Below, piece after piece: positions 25,515 through 35,189 of a stretch of DNA of 39,581 bases. A program made the position numbers and the translations under genes. Below the pieces are notes generated by a model that saw only the letters and a program-made list of their open reading frames with translations, was not told the DNA's origin and did not search any database. How positions within the stretch are numbered: position 1 is the first letter of the stretch; every line of letters begins with the position of its first letter. The DNA comes from Octopus bimaculoides (Eukaryota), in contig NC_068984.1 in assembly GCF_001194135.2 (NCBI RefSeq), positions 42,682,640 to 42,722,220 on the forward strand, written 5' to 3'.

Positions 25515-26625
25515 ACGTTAAGACCCCTAGACCACGAGCGGAGGCGGATGCTCATGCAGGGAGTACAGTAGATGCCCAATTGGGGGCCAGTGCAAAACCA
25601 AGAAAGTCGTTTACGCAGCTGATGTCGTATCTGATCCTAATCGCTGCAGCAAATTTGCCAAAAACTACTACAATATCAGGAATGGCAGTATTAACGGCAA
25701 TGGCAGCAACTCTAACAGAAATAACAGCAGCTGCAGCAACAGTAGCAACATCACTAATTACAGTGTTAATGCTGATAACAACAATAACAGCAACAACAAC
25801 CGCAGCCACCACCAATGTAGCACCGATAACAACTCTAACAGCAACGACGATAGCTGTAGAGGCACAAACAGAGCAAACACCTTTCACTGCTACTGATGAT
25901 GTCCCCTACGTCAGCATTAACGACGCAACACTAGCTCCAACACCAACACCAATACCAACAAACAACACTAGCACCAGCAACAGCGGAAGAAGCAGCGTGA
26001 ACATCAATAGAAGCAGCATCGCCAGAAGCAGCATACGAAGATACATCAGATATTCCGGAAACACCTTCAAGCAGCGCCTCCCCAAATACAGATCTTCGTT
26101 CAGGATCCAGAAGAGACGACATTCCACGTCCTTGGGCGGCCATGTATGGCTTCTGAAGGACAAAGGGACTCCACACGTAATGTTATGGAAGATCCCGGAA
26201 AAAACAAGGCACCTACATCAACGGAAGCAAGCGTTGCAAACTGTGCATAGCTGAACGGATGAGAATATTAAAGAGCTCGTCAACCCGGGAACATATCAAA
26301 TACTAGGAGGGAAGTCTTCGGACCCACAAGCCGATCACGTCGATAACGGATAGCGGTCTAAGAGAGACAATCCCTTGCGCTTAACTTTTCTGTTTTCTCC
26401 GTGCATTCAATAACAAGCTACGAGGTCTTTTCTTTTTCCTGTTTGATGAGAGTTTATAGGCCACCACCCATGAGGGTCTGAAAAAACGCCATAATGCTAG
26501 GTGCTTTATAAATGGGAAATCCAGGGTAACCCCATAGACGAGCCATAACTATTTTTATCTAAATATTCTACTGCTCTATAACATAGTGTTCTCTCTCGGA
26601 TTTATGACTTACTGATGATATATAC
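25515..26625 (+). mobile_element. Penelope-like element (Neptune-type) 3' fragment, copy A: Cys-rich linker plus split GIY-YIG endonuclease, frameshifted
   Basis: CSCREYSRCPIGGQCKTKKVVYAADV starts at 25549 (VVY 25606-25614). After a low-complexity tract comes RYIRYSGNTFKQR..YRSSF..STSLGGHVWLLKD..WKI (YIR 26042-26050), then after frameshifts YINGSKRCKLCIAERMRIL and SNTRREVFGP. The 3' region is homologous to 31660-31825. Confidence 0.88.
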
Positions 26626-26629
26626 ATAG

Positions 26630-27305
26630 ACATATGCAGCAACAGCATTGCTTCACATGTGGGAACAGTACTATTTTCTGGATCATAATATGGCAAATAC
26701 TACACAACATTAAACTCAAGAAATAAATTGTTTGTCTAATGCTAAGGTTAGGCAATTGAATTATTATTTATAAATTATTTTACCAATATTCAGATATATA
26801 TGCATTTTCCCTGTGAAACATTGTGATATCTTTTTCACTTAGATCGTTAATGGTTGTTGAGGTGCATATGGAATTGCTGATTCTCGTTTCTCCTATCTTA
26901 AAATTATGAAAACTTAAGTTTATTTTTAGACGCAGTGATTCAATTAATTTTTTTATGGAAACTTGCCATAAGAAAAAATAAATGTGTTCGTGTGTGTGCG
27001 TGCGTGTGTATGGAGAGGTGCATGAGAGTGCGTGGCCTAGTGGTTTAAGAATTGTACTCATAATCATAAGACTGTGGTTTCGATTCTTGGAATGGGCAGT
27101 GCGTTGTGATTTTTAGCAAAACACTTCATTTCAGATAGTTCCAGGTGGCAAAACGTGTATTCCTGTCACGGACCGGCGTCCCGACCAAGAAGGAGTGCTA
27201 AATATATGCGAATCACACTTTACGAAACCGGCATTATGACTTGGGAATGTTCTGTTATTTTTTTTATTTGTGTATGTTTATAAGCATATGTACGCACCCG
27301 TATGC
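26630..27305. repeat. Copy 2 of the local duplication (includes a family C SINE head at about 27028-27160)
   Basis: Colinear with 24460-25185. Confidence 0.9.
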
Positions 27306-27379
27306 GTAAATATATCCAAATGAATGCATTTTCGTAAGCGTATGTGCATGAATGCCGTGTATGGGCTTGTGTATATACG

Positions 27380-27466
27380 ACGGAATTTGGACTTGGGACG
27401 TAAGGACGAACGAAACGCCGCTAAGCATTTTATCCGGGGTACTAAGATTTCTGCCAGCTCACTGCC
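27380..27466 (-). mobile_element. Family A SINE 5' head
   Basis: Minus strand reads ggcagtgagctggcagaaatcttag...atgcttagcggcgtttcgttcgtccttacgtcccaagtccaaattcc (A- and B-box-like). Confidence 0.75.
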
Positions 27467-27467
<1 letters not shown>

Positions 27468-27563
<96 letters not shown>

Positions 27564-27637
27564 TAAAAAGAAGAAGAAGAAGAAGAAGAAGAAGAAGAAG
27601 AAGAAGAAGAAGAAGAAGAAGAAGAAGAAGAAGAAGA
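27468..27637. repeat. (AAT)n-(AAG)n compound microsatellite
   Basis: Direct reading. It produces the poly-N/poly-K artefact ORF. Confidence 0.95.
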
Positions 27638-29236
27638 CTACCGTAGAAACTATCAAGCAGAAGGTAAGTACTAGAGCTGTCCGCATAGCTAGGTACGAAA
27701 AGCGCGTTAGATTCGTCAAGGACATGTTAAAAAATAACCCAAGTGATTTTTATAGGAAGATAGGAAAGATACCAGTTACAATAAAGTTTGTCCCATCGAA
27801 AGAAGAAGTGCAGGAATTTTGGAATAAAATTTGGACAGAAGAAAAAACACAATGAAAGAGCCCCTTGGATTGGTAGAATATCTACAGACTTAGACTCTTT
27901 AGAAGAGCAAAAGTGGGAGGGTATCAAGGTAGAGAATCTGCTCTCAAGAAGTCAAGCAAATAGAAGTCTACAGGAAAGGATAAAATTCATAAATTCTAAT
28001 TGAATGCCTTCCCAGAGAGTCATTAACTGCTAACAACACTTTACAGCTATGTTTTGCAACAACCAATAATTTCCTTTTTGGTTTGTTAATGGTGTTACAC
28101 TCCCATTTCCAAACAATGAAGAAACAAATGAACCAAAAAATTATCGACCCATAACCTACTTAACAACAATGTATAAAATACTAACATCTGTCTTGATTGA
28201 ATATACTCATAGTTTTTTTTTAATAGAAAGTAGCATATTCCTTAATGAGCAAAAATGATGTAAACGTGAGTCCTATGGCTGTAAAGATCAGATACTCATC
28301 AATAAGATTATGGTGGAATATTGGCACAAACGATACAAAAACTTGTCGATAGCCTGGACAGACTATAGGGAAGCTTTTGAGAGTCTACCACATAGCTGTA
28401 TTAAGAAATGTCTGAAAATGTATAAAATAGCACGTATTCTGCGAAACATATTGTCTCTAAGTATGAGATCATGGAGAACCACACTGACTTTGAACAGTTA
28501 CAATGAATCTCTTAATGCTGGAGATGTAAGAGTTTCATGTGGCATTTTCCAAGGTGGTTCTCTATCACCGCTCTTCTTTTGTCAAGCCTTAATGCCCCTC
28601 TCGAAATTGCTTGAAGATGTACAATACGGCTATAAAACTTTTGATAAAAATATAAATCATTTCATTTACATGGATGATTTAAAGCTCTTTGCAAAAAATG
28701 ACCAACAACTATAGGGCTTACTAGCGATTGTTAAATAATTCAGTGATGACATCAGGATGCAATTTGGCCTCGCTAAATGTACCAAAACTACCTTTAACAA
28801 AGGAAAAATGATTGAAGCATTCAACGTTAATCTTGACCAGCAGAATGTCATAAAGGAGTTAGAACCAGCGGAGACCTACAAATACTTGGGGTATTTGAAT
28901 GTGATGGAATCAAATATTCAGTGATGAGGAAAGGATCAGAAGAGAATGTTATCGCAGGGTGAGGGCAATACGAGAGTTGAACATAAAGGTTATCCCTATT
29001 GTCATCGGAGCATTGGGTTCAATACCACCCAATATGAAAAAACATTTGAAAGCCTTAGAGATACCCTACAATCTAGATGTATTGCAAAAGTCGGCATTAC
29101 TTGGAATTGCACTTATACTGCGTAAAGTACTGTCTGTCTGAGGTCCTTGTTGTGATTTGACAAACAATACAAACCTCCGGTAGACACAATATCTTCAATC
29201 AACAACCTCACGATATTGTATATTCTGCGACGTCTA
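27638..29236 (+). mobile_element. R4/Dong-clade LINE with RT domain and a large internal deletion, decayed
   Basis: KQK..RIARYEKR..FW.KIW..HNERAPW, PKNYRPITYL..MYKILT, GCKDQILINK, AWTDYREAFESLPH, GIFQGGSLSPLFF (28541-28579), YMDDLKLFAKN (YMDD 28667-28678), FGLAKC, YKYLG and RRVRAIRELN, then a jump to IKVIPIVIGALG...LQKSALLGIALILRKVLSV*. A 3' UTR and (AAT)/(AAC)n tail follow. Confidence 0.93.
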
Positions 29237-29309
29237 TAATAATAATAATAATAATAACAACAACAACAACAACAATAATAATAATAATAATACTCTTTTA
29301 CTGTTTTAC

Positions 29310-29712
29310 TGTTTTACTTGTTTCAGTCATTTGACTGCGGCCATGCTGGAGCACCACCTTTAGTCGAGCAAATCGACCCCAGGACTTATTCTTTTGTAAG
29401 CCTAGTACTTATTCTATCGGTCTCTTTTGCCGAACCGCTAAGTTACGGGGACGTAAACACACCAGCATCGGTTGTCAAGCGATGTTGGGGGGACAAACAC
29501 AGACACACAAACATACACACACACACATATATATATATATACATATATACGACGGGCTTCTTTCAGTTTCCGTCTACCAAATTCACTCACAAGGCTTTGG
29601 TCGGCCCGAGGCTATAGTAGAAGACACTTGCCCAAGGTGCCACACAGTGGGACTGAACCCGGAACCATGTGGTTGGTAAGCAAGCTACTTACCACACAGC
29701 CACTCTTGCGCC
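29310..29712 (-). mobile_element. Full-length tRNA/CORE-like SINE, family B, with an internal microsatellite
   Basis: Minus-strand head GGCGCAAGAGTGGCTGTGTGGTAAG...GGTTCAGTCCCAC (A/B boxes), then TGGCACCTTGGGCAAGTGTCTT, which resembles the CORE-SINE domain. A (TA)/(TG) spacer and the 3' module (also at 17038 and 31855) follow. Confidence 0.88.

Positions 29713-29780
<68 letters not shown>
29713..29780. repeat. (AAT)n tract between the SINE head and an R4 fragment
   Basis: Direct reading. Confidence 0.95.
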
Positions 29781-29782
<2 letters not shown>

Positions 29783-30600
29783 GTAAGCTTTAGCATGAAG
29801 AAATGGAAAGTAGATCTCTACTCAAGTGACTCACTCTTAGGGAAAATTAATATCAAAAGAGGAATTTTCCAGGGGGGACTCATTGTCTTCTTTAATATTC
29901 ATCTTGTGTTTGATTCCCCCAGTTTAGTATTAAGGAAGGCAAAGACAGGGTATCAGTTCAGAAATAGTAAGGGAAAAATTAACCATTTGCTTTATATGGT
30001 CGAACTGAATCTTTTTAGTAAGAATGAAAAAGAGATAGATTCCTTAATACAGATTGTAAGACTCTTCAGCAAAGATATAGCATGGAATTTGGCATAGATA
30101 AGTGTGCAATATTAGTTATGAGAAAGGGACAGGTAATCAACATTGAAGGCAACAAATTACCAGCCATTAAGTCATAGAAAGGAGGAGAGAGTTATAAGTA
30201 TCTAGAAGTATTAGAACCTGACAGAGTACTAATTATAGAAATGAAAACGAAAATTGAGAAGGAATATATTAGAAGGACGAGGAAGCTTATGAAGTTACAG
30301 CTAAATGGTCCGAATCTAGTGAAGACTGTAAATACTTGGGCAGTATCATTACTTAGGTACTCAGTATCTTTTGTAGACTGGGAAAAAAACTGAATTAGAA
30401 AAACTAGACAGAACTAGGAAGGAATTCAATATGAATGGAGGACACCATCTAAGGGCAGGAGTAGCAAGATTATACTTACCTTGAAAGGAAGGCGGAAGAT
30501 GGTTAATATCAGTAGAAAACTGTGTGGGGTTAGTTAGAGCAGATATAGACTCGTATGTAGGTAATAGTGAGGAAAGTTTACTAAAAGCTGCTAGAGTCAC
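29781..30600 (+). mobile_element. R4/Dong-clade RT and thumb fragment (different subfamily)
   Basis: INIKRGIFQG(D)SLS, INHLLYMVELNLFSKN, FGIDKCA, YKYLEV, EY.RR.RKLMKLQLNG.NLVKTVNTWAVSLLRYS and RLYLP*KEGGR, with frameshifts. Confidence 0.88.
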
Positions 30601-30649
30601 ACCAAGACATGGGGAAACCCCAAACCTAAATAATAATACGGCAATAGAG

Positions 30650-30876
30650 AGTTAACTTCAAGTAGAACATTTTTGGCGAGGGTCAAAATCAAGAGAGACA
30701 TATTTCAAGGAGATAGCCTATCATTGCTGTTTGTGATTTGTATGATACCCTCACACAGATACTACGGAAAGTGACATCAGGGTACACGTTGAAAGTGGAG
30801 GAAAATAAAATCATCTGTTATATATGGATAACTTAAAGATTTTGGGGAAGACCAAACGTGAAATAAATGGCCTACA
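30650..30876 (+). mobile_element. Short R4/Dong RT fragment
   Basis: VKIKRDIFQGDSLSLLFVICMIP..QILRK..GY..NHLLYMDNLKILGKT..EINGL; ends abruptly at about 30876. Confidence 0.82.
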
Positions 30877-31850
30877 ACACCGGCGGCAGTGCCACCTGCA
30901 ACGACAACAACAACAACAGCAACGCCGGCATCAGCAGCAACGACGACTGCAGCACAGGCAACACGCACAGGGACAAAAATATTACCGACACCACCCAGCG
31001 ATGCCAACACCAACACCAACAACAGCAGCCTCAATTCCATCAGCGATAGCACCACCGGCGGCATCAGCGACAACGGCAGCAGCAACAACAGCAGCAACAG
31101 CACCACCAACAGCAGAACTTACAACAGCAACAGGAGCACCGACATCACGCGCCCACAGAAATACGTGGGATGCACTGGGAATTCTCTCAAACAGCATCTT
31201 TCCAATCATTTGTCCTCCTTCAGAGTCCCGGAAAGGGGTTACGTGACATCGCTGGCCAGCCATATCTCGCAACTAAGAGACGAAAGGATACCATGCTCTA
31301 TTGCATGGAAAATACTCGAGAACCCAGGCCCCTACATCAACGGGAAGAAACGTTGCAAGTTGTGCATTGCCGAACGTACGAGAATCCTAAAAGACTTGTT
31401 CGGTCCAGGGAGCATTCTGCACTACAGGACGGAGATTTTCGGGCCATGCTTGCATTTTAGAAGATTCCTACTGACCTTCTGCAATTCGCAAGGAGACGCT
31501 ATAGCCGGAAGCCAATAGCCAAAGCCGAAGGGAGACCATCGTTCACCTTCGTGGTTCTTTGGCGACCGCAAGATGGCGGAGCGGCTGAAGCTCGATAGTT
31601 AATTGCAAAGGGATATAATCACATAGTGTTTACCTTTATAGCGAGGCATTCCCACCTCCATATTTTGAAGAGGTCTTAGGCTAGCAGTGTTCGGGGTCTG
31701 AATATACGCCATAAGGTTAAGGCTCTTATGAGCGAGAAACCCAGAGTAACCCCATAAACCGGCCACCCCCATTATAATATTAACTGCTCTACATCTTAGA
31801 GTGTGCATCTCTTCCGGATTTATGTATCTCTACAAACGATATATATACAC
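30877..31850 (+). mobile_element. Penelope-like element 3' fragment, copy B (GIY-YIG C-terminal part)
   Basis: ORF 30889-31518: a T/S/N-rich tract, then KYVGCTGNSLKQHLSNHLSSF..TSLASHISQLRD..IAWKILE..PYINGKKRCKLCIAERTRIL..LHYRTEIFGPCLHFRRFLL (YVG 31162-31170). The 3' region aligns with 26440-26606. Confidence 0.9.
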
Positions 31851-31854
31851 TTTT

Positions 31855-32025
31855 AATCTTTTATTTGTTTCAGTCATTTGAGTGCGACCATGCTGGAGCA
31901 CCGTCTTTAGTCAAACAAATCGACCCCAATACTTCTTTGTAAGCCTCGTATTTATTCTATTGGTGTCTTTTGCCGATCCGCTAAGTTACGGGGACGTAAA
32001 CACACCAACATCGGTTGTCAAGCGC
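31855..32025 (-). mobile_element. 3' module of SINE family B
   Basis: Close match to 29320-29480 (ttgtttcagtcatttga.tgcg.ccatgctggagcacc...gctaagttacggggacgtaaacacacca.catcggttgtcaagcg). Confidence 0.88.
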
Positions 32026-32047
32026 TTTTTCAAAGTGTCTGCCATTA

Positions 32048-32091
32048 ATAGCCGACGAGAATGCATCGTAGCGCTTCACTCCGAGTACTAT
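32048..32091 (+). ncRNA. Degenerate minimal hammerhead ribozyme relic
   Basis: AUAG, CCGACGA, GAAUGC-aucgua-GCGCUUC, [GAA missing], ACUC-C-GAGU, A, CUAU. Stem I, stem II, the one-nucleotide-loop stem III and a GUA triplet are all in the correct order. Confidence 0.45.
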
Positions 32092-32180
32092 AACGACAAC
32101 TTACAGTTTGTTCTAAATTATAACATGCATAAATAATCGTCTATTTATCTAATATCGAGGTCTCATTCATTTGTTGTCAC

Positions 32181-32215
<35 letters not shown>

Positions 32216-32218
<3 letters not shown>

Positions 32219-32411
32219 TCGTTTTATCTTTATAACGTGCTTTCACTTCACTACAGAGCGCAGCTCTGTGCGCCTTGGGTATGTGCTCTGGTTTGCTGTG
32301 GTGCTCTTATGGTTACTGTATTGAAAGTGTTTTGCGTAGGATGTGTGCAGTGCCCAGTAGTGCAATTTTCTGTATGTTATATATATTTGTAAGTCCTGGT
32401 GTTTTTGTTAT

Positions 32412-32412
<1 letters not shown>
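32216..32412 (-). mobile_element. 3'-terminal fragment of an R4/Dong LINE (third subfamily)
   Basis: Minus strand ITKTPGLTNIYNIQKIALLGTAHILRKTLSIQ* (stop 32315-32313), then a 3' UTR. (TAA)n lies on both sides (32185-32215 and 32413-32476). Confidence 0.88.
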
Positions 32413-32476
<64 letters not shown>

Positions 32477-33054
32477 NNNNNNNNNNNNNNNNNNNNNNNN
32501 NNNNNNNNNNNNNNNNNNNNNNNNNNNNNNNNNNNNNNNNNNNNNNNNNNNNNNNNNNNNNNNNNNNNNNNNNNNNNNNNNNNNNNNNNNNNNNNNNNNN
32601 NNNNNNNNNNNNNNNNNNNNNNNNNNNNNNNNNNNNNNNNNNNNNNNNNNNNNNNNNNNNNNNNNNNNNNNNNNNNNNNNNNNNNNNNNNNNNNNNNNNN
32701 NNNNNNNNNNNNNNNNNNNNNNNNNNNNNNNNNNNNNNNNNNNNNNNNNNNNNNNNNNNNNNNNNNNNNNNNNNNNNNNNNNNNNNNNNNNNNNNNNNNN
32801 NNNNNNNNNNNNNNNNNNNNNNNNNNNNNNNNNNNNNNNNNNNNNNNNNNNNNNNNNNNNNNNNNNNNNNNNNNNNNNNNNNNNNNNNNNNNNNNNNNNN
32901 NNNNNNNNNNNNNNNNNNNNNNNNNNNNNNNNATATATATATATATATATATAATTAATAATATCAAGGTAAGAAAAATTTTAGAAATTCTTACTGCCAG
33001 TGGCCTAGCGTGTAAAAAAATTAGTCAATAGACTATATATTACTCATAGAAATA

Positions 33055-33495
33055 CAGTGTACATTTAAACAAATAAGAGGTATCCATCATAGGATACCTT
33101 GCACGCTAGAAGGAAAATCCAAACCACTATTAGGGATACATTTCGAAGGGAATGAAAAATAAAAACATTTACCATCTATCTCCTGGACCATGGTTTCTGA
33201 CTTATTTGAGCGCAGGTTTTCAAAAATTATAATATATAAGCACGGGGCACATGCTGGATTGCCTCGAATTTATATGTTTAATCTAAGCGTACCTGTTGAG
33301 GAAGACTTCGCCTAGCAAATTATTTTATTTGCTAATACAAAGTCAGAAACCATGGTCCAGGAGATGGATGGTAAATGCTTTTATTTTTCATTCCCTTCGA
33401 AAGTTATCCCTAATAGTGGTTTGGATTTTGGCTATTCTTTCTAGCGTGCCAGGTAACCTATGATGGATACCTCTTATGTGTTTGAATGTACACTG
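33055..33495. mobile_element. Tc1/mariner-type MITE with ~150 bp terminal inverted repeats
   Basis: TA|CAGTGTACATT...AATGTACACTG|TA. 33055-33203 is the near-perfect reverse complement of 33340-33495, with one ~7-bp indel. TA target duplication at 33053-33054 and 33496-33497. Confidence 0.88.
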
Positions 33496-34434
33496 TATAT
33501 GTATATATATATATATATNNNNNNNNNNNNNNNNNNNNNNNNNNNNNNNNNNNNNNNNNNNNNNNNNNNNNNNNNNNNNNNNNNNNNNNNNNNNNNNNNN
33601 NNNNNNNNNNNNNNNNNNNNNNNNNNNNNNNNNNNNNNNNNNNNNNNNNNNNNNNNNNNNNNNNNNNNNNNNNNNNNNNNNNNNNNNNNNNNNNNNNNNN
33701 NNNNNNNNNNNNNNNNNNNNNNNNNNNNNNNNNNNNNNNNNNNNNNNNNNNATATATATAATTATATAAATGTATGTATTCTTTAAAAGATTCAGGAACG
33801 GGGAGTTGAACAATGCATGCAAACGAGGGATCGCGATATTTCCCGCGCACACAGAATATTCCGTGTGCCCTCTTGAGTAACGTAACAACAGAACTGATGG
33901 TGTTTCAATGACGTATATGCTATGATACCTTAGCCGTCACATCTGCGATTCAACCGTCTATTTATGTCTTGGTTTGCACTGGACCTGGGATATGGTGAGG
34001 GCTTCACCAGACAAGTATTCAAAGTGACATAATGAGTTAACGTGAATGGAGTAATGAGAAGTATGTTCTTATTCATGCTTCATTGTACTCTGAAGTACAC
34101 GTCAAACAGAGACGTTGCTGAATATCGCCTTATTGCCTGTTGAAATTTGATCACTGCTCTTTGGGTTACCCACGCACAGTCCGGCGTACTAACAGTCTTC
34201 GTATGCGTAAAGACTTATAACGGATTCATCAAGAATTTAATGCACATTAAATACACACAATCTAGTTTATCTGGCTTTTCAATATCGTTGCCAAGAGTAG
34301 GATGCATTGCTACATGTTGGCAGTTCATGGAGTTACAAGAGTGAGCTGGGGGCCAAGTGAATTCCAGCGATTGTACCTTCCTGGCACCCCATCAAAACCC
34401 ATATATACATGCATACATAAGTATACATTATATA

Positions 34435-34469
<35 letters not shown>

Positions 34470-34559
34470 NNNNNNNNNNNNNNNNNNNNNNNNNNNNNNN
34501 NNNNNNNNNNNNNNNNNNNNNNNNNNNNNNNNNNNNNNNNNNNNNNNNNNNNNNNNNNN

Positions 34560-34604
<45 letters not shown>

Positions 34605-35189
34605 ACAGGACCCAAGCAGTCTTGCATGCTCTCCTGCCAGCTGAGGCTGGGTTGCTATAAGAAACGATGAGGTAATATTTGGCCACTTGTTTAAGGACAA
34701 CCACATTTCTAAATTAATGAATGTGAAGGATGAAGGAATTATTTAAAGAATAGTTACACTATTTTCAAGATTAATTTGAGGAGAGCAATGATTTAATTCT
34801 TAGCAGATGGTGACTTACATTAGTGAACACTAAGAATATAATATACTTCATGAAGTAAATTTAACGTAATGAATACATCTTCTGGATATATGAATTAAAT
34901 ATAATTAGATATTTGCATGTATATTTTGGGATTATACTTAGATCTATTTACACAGATACACACGCATTGCCACACACCACACACGCTCATGTGTGTGCGT
35001 GCGCGCGCGTGTGTGTATGTATGTATGTATGTATGTATGAATATTTGAATGTTTGAATGTATGTATGTATGCATGTACGTCAGTTTAAATGTTATAAAAC
35101 GTGGGAAATATAAATAAGGTATGCATATACACACGCATATATATGTGTGTATGTATAATTATCTTTATCTTCCTATTTATCTATTCTCT

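Noticed and set aside
27352-27855. 167-aa ORF with poly-Asn and poly-Lys
   Set aside because: Chance read-through of a SINE head, (AAT)n(AAG)n and the start of an R4 fragment; not a gene.
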